From contig NW_003314307.1 of assembly GCF_000143415.4 (NCBI RefSeq), forward strand, positions 754,859 to 818,858: 64,000 bases of DNA. Direction: 5' to 3'. The stretch's first letter is position 1. Every line of letters starts with the position of its first letter. This stretch comes from Selaginella moellendorffii (lineage: Eukaryota > Plantae > Lycopodiophyta). The notes beneath the pieces were generated by a model that searched no databases, was not told the origin of the DNA, and saw nothing but the letters and a program-made list of their open reading frames with translations. The translations under genes were made by a program, and so were the position numbers. Shown piece by piece: positions 23,851-37,952 of this stretch.

Positions 23851-26800
23851 TATCTTTGAAAATATATTGATATGGACAATCTTATTTGGCGTGGAGCTTC
23901 TTAAGCAGCATCATCTTCAGCTTGGAGGCACTCGGCTTGGAATCACTAGAGACAACAGTAATTGTGAAGTAGTTTTAAAGAATGCAGTAAGAAACTTACT
24001 GGAGCTTTTGCTTTTTACCAACAAGAGTAACAGCTTGAGCTCGAGCTTTCACTTCGGCCGCTTTGGCAGCAGGGAATTTCTGGCCATCTCCATTTCCACT
24101 CCGAGCTAGAGCAAACTTCCCCTGTAAAGAAAGAGACGTTTTTTTCTTTTTAAGAAGAAGAAAAACTCGGATCATTTTACCTGTCTCAAGGCCGACGATC
24201 GACAAGCCACCGATTTCTGGAGCACCAATCTTGCGGCAGATTTGCTCAACAATCCTCTCTTTCTGCTCTTGTTCTATAGAATGTACTGTCCTTAGGATTA
24301 AAAAAAAAAAAACTATAGAGAACAACTTAACTGGAACTCGCGGCTTGGATGAAGACAGGCGAAACAAGTCATCTGTAAAAAGGCCGATCGACACGGCGCC
24401 CAAGAAAAACCAATACAAGATCATACCCATCAACGCGTCTCTATCCCAAGAACCGATCGAAAATTTGAGCTCCGCAACCGCATCCATCTCCCCAAACATC
24501 GCAAACCCTAATTGTTTTCTTTTATCCTTGTTTTTCCTTTGTTCGGTACAAAGGGAGCTGCTTCTAGAATGCAGGAGCTTAGCGCTCTAATCGGGGGGAA
24601 TTAATTAGCTTATCTGGGCGGTGCTACGCACAAGACGACATGGATAACTCGACAAAGAACGTATTTCAAAGTTGCGACACACCGTTTCTTCTTCCATGCA
24701 TACGGCATACGCCATGTTCTCACCCTCATTTTTTTTTCCTTGAACGATTCTTCTACCTTTGGTGGCATGACATGACATAGGAATCAATCAACACTTGCCT
24801 GTGAAGAACTATATTAAAATCCCATTTTCTCGTGAAATTCATATGGGCGTGTATACAAGTATTCTATGCAAAAGGAGCTAGAGAAGTTGAAGACATAGGT
24901 GCAAATCTCATGGAGGCAAATTGACCTTGCCACCCTCCCCACTTGCAACTTTGATAATGCACAACGAACAATCGTACCAAACCACTAACAAGGATTAAAA
25001 AATGGGTGTTGTGATTGAATTTGCGGACCTCGCTTTCAAAATATGGTATTTAAATTGTGGGTGATGTGTATGGAGCAACGATTATGGGAGACAAGAGAAG
25101 CAACGTAACCTAAAGAACAAACAAGTGCTTATTGTGATGGCCAAATTCTCCTCCACTAGTGCCAATAATTCCTCCTCCTCAGTAAAATAGAAAAGGAGAA
25201 GCTGGATTCACGTAATTTATAAGGTTGATACTATCTTAGACCGTAAGTGTAAGTCTCAAATTCCCACTATGAAGCTTTCCAATTTATAATATTTAATAAT
25301 TATAAAACTTTTTCCTCTGTGGAGCGGCTTGGAAAACTACCTCGGATGGTTTACTGCGGTGGAGCTTCTAGAATCAACAGCGGCAGGGTGAAAAAGAGAA
25401 GAAATATTTGTTTGAAACAAATATAAGATATTCGTCGCACATTGACTTGGGAAGCATATGGGCCTTCGAAAGCTTCAATGTGTGAAAGAGAGATGTGCTT
25501 GTCCTTGCATATCGAAAATAAAAAAAATACATATAAAAAACTCGTGGTTGATTTGATCAGATCAATCAATCAGTCCCACACACAAAGAAATCAAATCACT
25601 TTGATTTCGTCTTTTGGTTACTTGCCATATCATATTGAAGAACACAAGGAAAAGAGAACTAAAGGTCTGATCGTACGTTGGTTCATATTCAGATTTCTGT
25701 TAATAGTACATGATTTTTAAAATCGTTAGTAAAAAAGTAGCGAGAGTAATACTGCTGCGAGCTAGAATCTCTAAGAAATTAGCTGTGATCGATTTAAAAT
25801 TCACCTCCTTCGGTGGTCGTTTGATAAGTTTAGATTAAGATATTTAAAACTGACAGGAAAGTTTTTGAGACGAGTGAATTCGGTAATGTATTTCCATATG
25901 TGTGTTTGCGGGAGCGAATCCACATCCCCACTAAGTGTTGTGGTGTTGGTGCATTGTATGATCTGACCATTTAGAAATAATAAAATATTATTAAGAATAA
26001 CTCAGAGCCAGTGCTTTGCTTCACTCGAAAAAACCTGGGCTTGTTTCCTCCCCACCCAAAGGAGAGGCGAACGAGTCGAGGCAGTCACAATTATTTCCAC
26101 ATCGCAACCCACGAGACTTGGAATTCAGTGTAAGCACTGCTGACATTGAACAATACGAGGTTGCTTGACTACTGTTTGACCAGTTTGACTTTTGCTTGAC
26201 CCGTTTGTTTCTACAGCGGTCAAGGGTCGGTTATGCACTGTTTAGTCAGATCAGCTTTGAGGAAAAAAAAGAGAATAAAGTGGAAGAAGAACGAAAAAAG
26301 GAGTGGTCAAAGTCAATTATCTCCCGCCGCGCTTATATATGCTTATGGACAGCGTCTGACCAAGACAATGACCCAAAGCTCGGGGGTGGACTACACGAGA
26401 AGTATATATGGTACCGATCAAGCAATGAAGCCCAAACGAAGCAAATCTGAAAGACCTTTGCGGGCACTGTGCAAAATCTCTACAATGGCCAACCGAAAGA
26501 CACTTTTGTCTTAGTTTTATTGAATTTTCGAGACGAACTTTGAGGTTTAGTGTTTATAGGGCCCAGCAAAATTGAATTCTCAGAATCTGAATACAACCGC
26601 CATGAATTTACCAAAATACTAATATTACATGTTTTTGGGTTTTACGGCACCCATCTTGAAGCATAAGACCATTGAACTGAAATGTACAATAGGTGTGAAA
26701 AAATTTGGCTGCGTTGCGGAGGACAGGGACACGGCTACCTGACGGATCCGATTCTCAAGCTGCTTTTTCCCTCAGGCTCTTCCGGAGAAGTTTCGTCTTT

Positions 26801-29800
26801 GATTCAACGTACAGTGTACACAAGATTGTACGCACAATACGCCCACTACGCAACGTAACACTAAGAACAACGACCTTAAACATCGTTTTCTTTCTTATAA
26901 AATAAATATAATTTTTTTCTCATCTACTCGTCTACAGTCCATATTGGAGGCCATCTTTCTATTTGTGTTAGCAAAAGCGTCCACCAGCAAAGAAGTGCTT
27001 CAAAGCCAGCACAGCTAAACAACAAAAGCAGCCAACCCCGCGAAAAACACTAAAACACTTTAATAAAAGCCTGGAGACCCATTGTTTTACAAGGGGGGAT
27101 AAAAAAAAAAACTTTAAGGATGAATTCAACTTACAAGAGGCTTTGTAGCTTCAAAGATCCAAATGGGGTCACTCTTTTTGTGCTTATGACTCGTGCTAGA
27201 TATACTAGCAACCAAGTCCGAGAATCAAAGGAGATTTGATGCTACACGGTAATTGCAGCACAGAGTCGTGTGCTTGCCTGCCATTGTCCGGTGAATTGGG
27301 GCCCGGCATTCTCCTCTTTTCCTCTCCTCACTTGCAAACAAGCATCATTGTTTCGTCACCCCTCCTCCACATATATTTCAAGTTTAATCGCCGTATCTTT
27401 CTCTCCAAATTCGAAGAGGAGAGCTCATTCAAGCTTTTGTGTGGGTGTGTGTGTCGTGTGTGTTTGTGTGACCCTACCACCATCGCCCAGGAAACTCTAA
27501 GAAAATGCTTGAAAGATTCACATATCATAAGGGGAGGTTTAAACTTCGCAATATAAACATACACTTAGATGGAGCCAAGCTAGTCTAGGCAGCTACGAAA
27601 CGATGGGGTTTGTTTATACAAGACTCAAAACACTGGGACCCCTTTGCCCCCCCGGAGAAACCATTTTGTTTAGTGGATCCATCCATCCATCCCTTCCCGC
27701 CATCTCCATCCAAGGAACTAAAAGATTTATCTTTAGACAAGGAAGAAGAATTGTTGCTATCCTATCGAGTAAGGTGGCAATTACAAAAGGAAAAATGGAA
27801 GAAAAGAAAAAGGGGAGAATACGATACAAAAGGTGACGAAGACGAAGAGGCCGAAGAAGCATTTTTAAAATTCCTAATGTTTAAATTCTATTAATTTATA
27901 TGTATACAATTTTTTTGGACATTGAGGAAGAAGGGAGGGTGGTGCTCATGGGTCACGTCAATTTTTGAGCACGACTATGGGTCCACCCTGTCTGATTCCT
28001 CTTTGTCCATCTCATCTCAAGAGTGGCCCAGCTAAAGGAAAAAAAAAAAAAGGTGGCTTAATCGCGGATTAAGCCGGGCGATTAAGCGAGAGAGCATCTT
28101 GGAAGGAATTTGGACTATATAGTGCGGGGCGGGCGTCCACGTTTTTCATTCCGGCTAAAGACACAGAATGCAACGCGGTGCGAGAAGCGTACACCATTTC
28201 TCTCTCTTTTTCTTTGCTCGGAGCATCTCTCAGCGCTTTGGCGTTTTACTTGACCAAACAGGAGCTCACGGATTCTACTAGTGACTTCTCACAAACGTAC
28301 ACGTATACATTGCACCGAAAAAAAGACAATTAAAAGCGAAGATAGAATTCAAGCGCTTACCTTTCGATCGATCTTACTTTGGTCTTAAATTCCGAGTGTG
28401 GTGAGCTCTTCTTCGGTTGCAAGCGTGTGTCACCGCTGTGACAAGATCGAGAGATCAAATTTCGAGAGAGCTACTGTAGAGAGCTACAGTACCTTGTTTG
28501 TGTCGACACCGGATAGACATATATAGAGGCCGGCCCGAGAGGCTGATCAACAGTGGTGCCAAATATTTGGAGTGATACGCTTGCTTGCCAATGCCGGCCC
28601 CCCATATACCCGTCCATGTCCGCTTGGATCTGGCAATCATTCATGAACAGTGAGTAGCTATATAGCGAAGTCGCAAAACGAAACGCAACTGGAAGCACCT
28701 CGAAGCAGCAAGCAAGTAAGCAAAGCAAAGAGAATTTAAAGAGAAAGGAAGGAGCGAAAAAAAAAAAAAAAGAAGAAAAAGAGAGAGAGAGAGAGAGAAC
28801 TTACCAGTCTGTTGGCCTCCAGTTGGTACTGTATCTCCTGCACAGGGGAATTTTTCTTCGCGTCCGGTCACTATAGCGTCGTCACGACTTTGATCGGTAG
28901 AAAGCGGCATGTAGACGCTTCCCTCCTGGATTTTTCTGCGAGCTCGAAAATACCCCCCGCGGCTCAAATCAATCAATCCCCTTCCTCACTACTGTAGCTC
29001 CTCACTCGAATGTACTCCAGTGGCGAGAGTCGAGCCAGAAATCTGCTTGCACGGGAGTGTGTACACAGCACTTCTCTTTCCTCCTGAGTGGTGGTAGATC
29101 TCCAAGTTTCTCTTTTCCCCCTCCTTCTCTTCCTTGAGTCGTCCAATTCTTTTTCGTTCGTGTCAGTTCAGGTGTGCGTTCTGAGAGCAACCAGCCAGCC
29201 TCCAAGTGTCTCGCACTGTTCCCTTTCCTGTTCAATAGCCTCCTTTCCTTCAAAATTTTTCCCCCTTTCTCCTGTGTGCTGTGTGTGAGTATATATATAC
29301 TCGGCCTGCTCCTTAGCTCACGGAAGCTCTCGTCCTCAATTAAGTACCACTGTCATTTTTCCTCCTCATCCTTCTCTGCCTGCTGCTTCTCGCTTTTAAT
29401 TTTCTTTTTTCTGTTCCTCCAGGACTGTGGTCCTGTGCCATGGCGGCTGCTGCTGCTGCTGCTTGCTTCTCCTGTTTAGATCTCCTCCAAGAGCTCCTCA
29501 TTGGCTGACAGTGCTCCCAGGTTTCACTGCTCTGGCTTCTTAACAACTGATCTCCCGGCTTCCCCTTTGCTCGTTGTCCATCCTCGAACGCATCATTGGT
29601 TTGTTGGCTTGCGCGCAGCTTTTCATCTCATCTCGGTATACAGGATCGCGGATTCGAAACAGTTTGGTTGCAGTCGCGCCTCGAGCACACTAACTTTGTG
29701 TGCCAGGATCCACTCCAACACCACCGTCTGTCTGTGGCTGTCTTGTCTGTGCGGCTGCAGTCTAGCGGTAGCTTGCGAAGCAAGAAACGTGGACAAAGAG

Positions 29801-29838
29801 AGAATTGGTCTTGCAGCTTTGGTACTTGTCGATCGGCA

Positions 29839-30750
29839 ATGAGCGGTCTAATCCCTATTCACGGAGGAGACGCGTCGCCTATCGCTGGAAGTGGCAGCAG
29901 TAGAGCTTCCCCATCGTCTGGAGATGGAGGAGCCGGCGGCGGAGCAGCAGCAGCAGCAGGAGCTGGGGAGGGGTCGGCAACAGCACCACCATCCAGGTAT
30001 GAAGCTCAGAAGCGGCGGGACTGGAACACCTTCGGCCAGTATCTGAGGAACCACAGGCCCCCTCTCACTCTCCCTCGCTGCAGTGGAGCAAACGTCCTCG
30101 AGTTCCTGCGCTACCTGGACCAGTTTGGCAAGACCAAGATCCACGCGCCGGCCTGTCCCTTCTTTGGCATCGCCCATCCACCAGCGCCTTGCGCCTGCCC
30201 GCTGCGTCAAGCCTGGGGAAGCCTGGACGCTCTTATCGGCCGGCTCCGAGCAGCATTCGAGGAGCACGGTGGCAAGCCGGAATCCAATCCGTTTGGAGCT
30301 CGCGCCGTCCGCCTCTACCTGCGAGAAGTTCGTGAGATGCAGGCCAAAGCTCGCGGCATCGCTTACGAGAAGAAGAAGCGCAAGCGTCCGTCGAGCAACA
30401 ACACCGGGGCTGCAAACGCCGGCACCAGCAGCACCAGCAACAACAGCAGCAGCAGCATCACCAACAACAGCTCCGGCAGCAGCTCCACTCCCACCTCGGC
30501 ATCGCCCACCGCGCATCATGCTCACGCTGTTCACGCTCAAGTCCAAGCCCAGGCTCACGCTCACGCTCACGCGCAAGCTCAAGCCCACGCCCAGCAACAG
30601 GCCGTCCACAACCTCCACCAGCAGCACCACGTCCTTCAGCAGTCCCTGCCTCTCATCCAGCACCAGCAGCTCCAACACCATCACCCTCAGCAGCAATTCC
30701 TTCCTCAGGGACTTCAGCCTGGTGCCAACTGCTTGCAGATCCACAACTGA
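29839..30750 (+). CDS. LSH: ALOG-domain transcription factor (LSH/G1-like), 303 aa, with Ser- and Gln/His-rich tail
   Basis: Canonical ALOG domain [25 protein letters not shown]...[16 protein letters not shown]...CPCPL-like...[19 protein letters not shown]...[16 protein letters not shown]...[12 protein letters not shown] (NLS). Confidence 0.97.
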   Translation: MSGLIPIHGGDASPIAGSGSSRASPSSGDGGAGGGAAAAAGAGEGSATAPPSRYEAQKRRDWNTFGQYLRNHRPPLTLPRCSGANVLEFLRYLDQFGKTKIHAPACPFFGIAHPPAPCACPLRQAWGSLDALIGRLRAAFEEHGGKPESNPFGARAVRLYLREVREMQAKARGIAYEKKKRKRPSSNNTGAANAGTSSTSNNSSSSITNNSSGSSSTPTSASPTAHHAHAVHAQVQAQAHAHAHAQAQAHAQQQAVHNLHQQHHVLQQSLPLIQHQQLQHHHPQQQFLPQGLQPGANCLQIHN

Positions 30751-31754
30751 GAAGAGGAAGAGGTGAGCACATCACTTTCCTTTCAATCTTTCTTCCTTTT
30801 CCTGCAAAAGAACACCACTTATCTTAGCTCAGCGATTCGTGAAAGTCAGTGACTTACTTGTTCATCTCTTGCACAGATAGCTGGCTTTTCTCGTGATTGT
30901 CCAATACATTCGATTCCGGATTATCTCGAGAAAGATCACTCTGCCAGTACGAGTTCCTGCACTTCCAGAAGCAGCACCTGCACCAGCAGCGCTACGAGAT
31001 GTGCAGGAGGTACACAATATACATATACATAACTACGCATGGTCAGTCTCGTAAAGTTCCTTCCAGTGTGAGTTCTTTCCGCTCCGATCTCTAGCTAGAT
31101 GCTGTAATTAGCTTCAAAGAGGATGAAGACTTGTACTGCAAGTTCGTCCGAGTTTGATAGCTAGTAAATTTTCAATCACTCTTTTGAAATTCCTGCAAAA
31201 AATGATCCCGTTGGATGCAAAGTTTCGAGCTGGTTGCAAATGAAGAAAGGATACCTGTGCCGCGCGAAGGCTAGAAATTGCTGGCAGCAGGATCACAAAA
31301 AAAGAAAAAGGACAAAAAAAGAAGAAGATAAAAGATAAAAAGGATTATGCATTACTAGCATGAGGAGAAGAACCTGAGCGTATGATTATCATATATTGCG
31401 CTGCAGCATTGTCTCCTCGAGTACAGGTGATTATAATCCAGCCAGGAGGCAGCCTGTTTCTCATCCAGCACACGTTAGTTTTACAACAACACGACGACGC
31501 TAGATCTGCTCTGACACAAGTCCTGAGCCAGCCAGCGAGTGAGAGAGAGATCTCTTTTCAGGAGAGAAAGGGAAGTCCCATTTCTTTTTAAGTTCCAGCA
31601 ACTGCACAGCGCGAGGGTGGCAGCAGCGTGTGTTATTTACAGGAAGAGCCGACGCCGCTTTCTTCCAGCTTTTCATCATCTACAGCTCCTGAGCTAGCAA
31701 AAGGGAAGAAAAACGAGAGTAGTAGTACACAGGCAATGCGACAGGCGTACCTGT

Positions 31755-32747
31755 CTAACCATAGCAGCGGATAGGATCGTTGCAGCCCTTTTCAGCTGAC
31801 TGCCTGAAGCCAGATCTGCCACCCTTGGCCAAGTATTGCTGGTGGTACTCTTCGGCGCGATAAAACTTTGTAGCTGGCAAGATTTCCGTCACGATCTTCC
31901 TCTTGATCTTTTCCTCGTGCTTTTGCATGGACTCTCGAGCGGCTTTCTCCTGTTCCGGGTGGTAGAAGTAGATTCCCGACCTGTACTGGGTGCCAACATC
32001 GTTCCCCTGGAAGATGTCAAACCAACCAACCTTAAGCTTTTAGCTACAAAAGAGATATCTACAAGAGAAATAGGAACAGCTACGCAGCAGCATACTACTT
32101 GCAAAGAACAAGGACATATTTTAAAGGCTAGAAAAGAAGCAGAACAAGAACAAGGAGGAAAAGGCTAGAGGGATAGAACAAAGCTAGCAAAATTCTTCTG
32201 CAAGGAATATAATAATCTGGAAGAGAGCTCTTACCTGACGATTCAAAGTGGTCGGATCGTGGCGGTCCCAGAAAACATCCAGCAGCGAGGAGAAGCTCGT
32301 CTCCTTTGGATTGTATTGCACTCTCACCACCTCCGAGTGCCCGGTATCGCCATTGCAAACGTCCTCGTACGAGGGATTGTGCACGGTGCCCTGGGAATAG
32401 CCTACCTCTGTTTTCGTCACGCCCGGGGTTCTCTGGAATGCGAGCTCCACACCCCAGAAGCATCCGGCGCCAAATTGCGCGAATTCTTGCCCGGGCGCCG
32501 GCGCGTCGTCGTCCGGCCCCTGCGCGATCTTGGCGCCTTCCGGATCGCGGACCCTGGCAGTCGCGGGCCCTACTCCCAGCTTGGACAGCCATCCCCCAAG
32601 ATTTGCCATCGGCGACGCGACGCTGCGGCTCGACCTGACGGAGAATCCGAGCGCCCTGGAGTGGATCCTCGCGGATGGAGCGGCAATCGGTGGGAGAATG
32701 TGGGCGCAGCCGTGACCCAGGACGCCGAGAACGCTCGCCCCAGACAT
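31755..32747 (-). CDS. MSRA: Peptide methionine sulfoxide reductase A, plastid-targeted (MSRA4-like); exons 32747-32235 and 32006-31755
   Basis: Active site [18 protein letters not shown]|[10 protein letters not shown] across a GT-AG intron, C-terminal [11 protein letters not shown]-terminal transit-like peptide. Confidence 0.96.
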
Positions 32748-32802
32748 GATAAACCCTAAGAAATATCCATAAAAAGTATATTCAGTTTTTGAAAACGAAT
32801 AT

Positions 32803-35800
32803 TCACCCTGGTCGTGGCGGGAGAGAGCACCCTCCAAATACCGGAGTCTCGCTCTTCTCCACAAGCTTTTGGAAATTCGCTCTACGCTTTGCTCGTTGCG
32901 TGACAATCTCCTCGTTCGCTTTCCTGCTCTTCCTGATCTTCGAATTCTTTTTCTCGTCGATTGGAACGAGAGCATTGCTTCGCTGCTTCTTGCTCTTGGG
33001 ATCTTCAAAGCTTCGCAAGCGTTCTTCGTCCTCCGGTGGAAGTTTTCCCAGGAGCTTCTTCAGCTGTCCCATGCAATCTCCAAGCCGGACTTTGGTGAGC
33101 TTTCCTCCCCCCCACATTAGAAGCTTCTTCTTCTCGGCGTTGTCTGGATTTGCGAGCCATGCCACCGCCTCGGCGCAAGCATTCCTCTCAGCTTGCCTCT
33201 TAAGCCTGTCCGGCTCGCCGATAAACTTGAGACCTCGGAACTGGATCGTGGAGACGTGCTGCTTTGCTCGGTTTAGCTTCGTGGACACGGACGGCCTTCT
33301 AGTCAGTCCTTCCCGAAGGAGAGCTACTCGGAGTGCTACTTTGGAGTCCTTGTCGCCGATGAGACCATCGAAAGTACCTACGTCTGTTCTCTTCCCATAC
33401 ATGAACTTGCCGGCAAGAGCGTCGCCTCTGATCATGAGCATCACTGCTCGCATGAGCAGACCATCTCGGTGTTTGTAGATGTCGAGGTCGGGCCTTGCTA
33501 GCTGCAGAGAAGAAGTTTTATAGCCGAAAGAATAAAGTTGAGACGTGGTACCTTTAGCTTCAGAAGCTCATCCAAAAGATCTCGCATTTCCTGGAATAAT
33601 TCGGCCTCGCTCTCACCCATGAAGAACTCCAAGCACTTCCCACACATTTGCAAATGTCCTGGCTGTTAGCAGCAACGGGATTAGCACCAAAGGAAGACAA
33701 CAAAGCGTAAAGTCGTCACCTGGCCTATCGACACCAACGCTCCCCCGAACAAAAGTAGCATCGAGTCCGATATACCCGTTGAGTCTCGAATGAACACGTT
33801 AGATGTCTTTATCTTCTCAAGGAACACCAGCCATGGAAAGCAGCTTTCCTCGTGCCTTGCATTCACTGAGTGCTGCATAAATCCGTGTATAATGTCAGCT
33901 GAAACATTGCAAAGACAAGCGAGACTTACTGGATGAACGTGCACTACAGTCCCGTCCATTGTCTTGTGGGTCACTGATCCAGGAGTTGCCTGTGAACGAA
34001 CGAAGAAATCAACACAAATGGACAGTTCAAGAGCAAACATACTTACCACAACAGCTGCAACTCCCGGGAACAAACCAGCGCAAATCACAGCTCGGACAAT
34101 CATTGGATCAGATGAATAAGCTTCGCAACTCGCCAAGCCGCCGTCGAGATAACCGGCTTCCTGCAATAGTGATAGGAATTGCTTTCTCATGGAAGTCATT
34201 CCTATCAACACTTGCATGGAAAGAAAGTTTGCACGGCAGAACTCCGATGCCGTATTGTGCTTCATGCACACTTCCCAGTCGTTGAATGCTCGAACAACCG
34301 CGAGGTGGTCACTCATTTCTCCTATGGAAAACTTGAACTTGGCTTGATTGGAATCCTGGCAACTCAACTTTCTTAGTAATGTGCTTTGTACTAAAATCAA
34401 TCCAGCACAAACCTCTCGCTTGTCCACGGGAAGAATAAATGGATCCCGGGACGAAAGTGCAGCAGCAATAGTAAGCATGGGATCAAGGCATTGAAAAATA
34501 CACCCCATGATCAACATTTTTCCAATCTGCGGTTCAACTGGAAGTATTGCTAGATGTTTTCCTGGACGAATCCAATCAATACCATAAGTCGATAAAATAA
34601 AAAAAAGACTTACCAAGAACCGTCAGATCTTCTGTTTCATCCAATGCACCAATCACCTTCAAGAACTCTATGGCGATGTGCACTGCGTGTCGGTTGGGAG
34701 GCTCTATAGCTTTTGCCAAGAACGTCTGGATATCTCCAAGTTGCAATCCCTTAATCCTGAGGCATACGTTGTGTAGAGCTGTTCTCAATATCTCAGGTTC
34801 ATTGTGGTCCTCAAACGCTTGAAAAACGGATTCTGGATAGAGATGGTAACAAACACCTGGTTTCAAACGCCCAGCTCTGCCTTTCCTCTGCCACAAAAAC
34901 CACACAAGTGTATGTCAAAGAAAAGATTTTTTACACTCCCTCCTATTTACCTGGCGCACAGACGACTTGGAAATCCATCTTGGCAACAAACATGCAGTGT
35001 TTGTTGCAACATCATAGCTCTTCTCTTTGGCTTTTCCTATATCGACAACGTACACAACGTCCTCAACCGTGATGCTAGTTTCGGCAATGTTTGTTGCCAG
35101 GATGATCTTCCGTACACGTGAAGGTGGACGCTCAAAAATTCTCTTCTGCAAAACTTCGAAGTGTTAAAACCAGCACGTAGTTGAGAAGATAAATAGATCA
35201 CTAACCTGTTCGTCGGGCGACATGGTTCCATGGCACGCAAGAAGCCACACCCTGCTAGGATGGCCTAGCACAGGATGGGTTCTTAGCTGACGCCTCAAAG
35301 CAGAAATATCTTCCCAGCCAGTCATAAAAACCAGCACCGCACCTTCTTGGCCATGCTCGCAGACGTGACAGAGTAGCTTCTCTATCAAGGTGAAATCGAT
35401 ACTTTCTTCTCCAGCATTGCTGTAATCTTCAGCATTGAGAGCTTCTCTGACGATATTCTCCTCTGAAATATGGGCCCGCAGATCGGAGGCTTCAGGCGCT
35501 TGCCGTAGATACTTCCACATTCTTGACTGCATGCTCAATTTGTATCCTGTTATGTTCAAAACGTCTTCTAAATAGTAAGATTTCACAGTGTATGCAAATC
35601 CCTGAAACAGTGATACGGAAGTCAAGTAAACAAAAACAATACACTATTTACCGGTATATCCATGCAACGAGTATTCAAATCCAAGAAATACTTCTCAAAA
35701 AGCTTAGCGTCCACAGTAGCGCTCATAAGAATGAGTTTCAAATCGGGACGGCGCTGGATGACATCTCTTAAAACAATAAGAAGAAAATCTAGAAAGGACA

Positions 35801-37382
35801 AGGAAGTTTAGAATCTGAAAAAGAAAAACAAAGAAGGTAAAGCTAACCTTCGTTTAAACCCCGCTCATGTATCTCGTCGACAATTACGTGCGTCACTCCG
35901 TTCAAGACTGGATCAGACATCAACCGCCTTAGCAATATACCCGTGGTGCAAAACAGCAGGCTCGTAGACCGGCTTCTCACTGAGTCGAACCGCACCTGAT
36001 ATCCTACCTGTGGATACAGAAGTATGTGTAAGGAAAACGCTCTACAGATCTTATAAACTTACAGATTCACCAAGAACTTCACCGCGTTCTTCCGCCACTC
36101 TCAAAGCGACAGAGGAAGCTGAGATACGCCTGGGCTGGGTGCAAACAATCTTACACGACGAACCGCATCCACCATCAATCTCAGATTCAAGTATATATTG
36201 TGGAAGTTGTGTTGTTTTGCCACAGCCAGTTCCTCCAGTTACCACCAGAACCTGTCCAAGAACTAGTATGAAAAGTTTCAACAAACATTTCATGTTTTAG
36301 ATCATCACTCCAGTACCTGACAACGGGACAGTGACTCGAGGAATGCAGACCTTAACTGAAACGCTGGAAGTTTACTACGAAACCCAAGAGCTATTTGTCC
36401 CTCTCGAGAGTCCTGAATATCATCAGAGTTGAGTGAAAAACAATCAAAAACTAATTTTGAGGCTGCACCTGCCATGCGCGTTGTCTATCAAACATAAGCT
36501 TGCTCTTTTTCGCATCGCCAAAAATACCAGCTAGCGGATCATAAACATCCGGAAGAGACTGAGGGGGCTGTTCTGGAGCAACGATTGGAAAGAGCTCCAC
36601 CTTGGCTTCCTTCTCTTTCCTGTGCCGTTTATACTCGTCTAGAAACGCTTTAACCCTGAAAAACGTGGCTGGTGCAACATAAACCTGGAAGTGAAAGAAC
36701 ATAATTTCCAAAAAAGATGAAGGTGAAGATCCGAACCTGTCGTTGCGGACGATCCGGATCCAAGTCCGGTCTATACAATGGTAGAGGAAGCTTACTGACA
36801 ACGATGGTTTTCCAGTAGAGATTACTGCAAAGAACAAGAAAATCCACAGAGAATTTTTTTCAAAGACCAGAGTGAAAAAGATCGATCGAAGGAAGCTTAG
36901 TTACATGTAGAGACCAAGCTCTTTGGCAATGTAGCTTATAGCATTGTAGCACTTGAGATCTTTACTTTCCATGGACATTATCTCGTTCTTGGAAGACTGA
37001 AGAAGCAAAGACATTCTTCGTCTCCATCTATCAATGTACGTGCTTGTGACCTCCTGTTAAACAGAGAACAAACGATTCCATGCTTTTCTTCTATGGAATT
37101 CTACCACGAACTGACCTTCTGCAAGTAATTGAGAAACTCGTCCTCGTCGTCGCTCTCCTCCAGCCCCATCTTGAGCTCATACAGCCGGTAGCTCTTGCGG
37201 ACGCCGCGTTGCATGAGATGGGGGCGAATCCTGTTGTGATACTTGTGCCTGACAAATGCGACGCGGAACACGATCGACTGCAATGCAGGCGCCTGCCATG
37301 GCAGCTGCGATGATCCATCAATGGGAAGAAACGATCGAGAATGGAGCAGCAGACGATCAAGCGCCGCCCTCGTCCTCAACAT
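32803..37382 (-). CDS. DEAH/RHA-box ATP-dependent RNA helicase (DExH, DHX36-like) with HA2, OB-like and C-terminal dsRNA-binding domain; multi-exon
   Basis: [13 protein letters not shown] (motif I), [64 protein letters not shown], and dsRBD-like F.G.P...K.QAE.NA. Short GT-AG introns. Confidence 0.95.
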
Positions 37383-37952
37383 CAGGCATTGCTCCTAGGG
37401 TTTAAGAAAAAAGAATATGCTCGAATAATCTTTGAAATTTTTTTGCCTAGCTAACTGGGTTGGGTGGCTTTCCAGGGAATTTCACAAGCTTCATACATAT
37501 CCTGTAAATCAAAATGGATCGATTTTAAGAACCAGCGCTCGCGATAGCTAAAATTCTGTTACCTCAAATTTTGCCAACTCGAAACTTCGGTGTGGTGTGA
37601 GAGATGGATGATCAATCAATCAATCCCACATTAAAGCCTGGAAACGAAAAGGAAGAGAATCAGTCCTGCAACTAGAAAAAGAAGAAACAAAAGCGAAGTA
37701 CCATTTCGAAAGATTGCGTGATGCCTTGCTTGCTCGCTTGATTGCTTGCAGCGGCCTCGCAAGTTTTGGCTTGTGGCTTCTGTGGAGCCACCACGAACAC
37801 CGTGAGAGTTGCAGCGCACTGGCGTGACGAAGAGCTATAAACAGTGTAGCTCCTCGAGAGATTCCCTGCTCCGTCCTCAGCATTGAGCCGACGCATCGAT
37901 CGAGTCTATCTTCTTCGTTGGACACCGACGGAAGCAGGGAAGGCCTGGTCGT

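Noticed and set aside
29596-29838. N-terminal extension of the ALOG protein
   Set aside because: It starts at a non-ATG codon and has no recognisable homology. The first in-frame ATG is at 29839.
30751-30770. miR156-like string GAAGAGGTGAGCAC
   Set aside because: Partial match only, no clear foldback partner, and it coincides with a splice donor.
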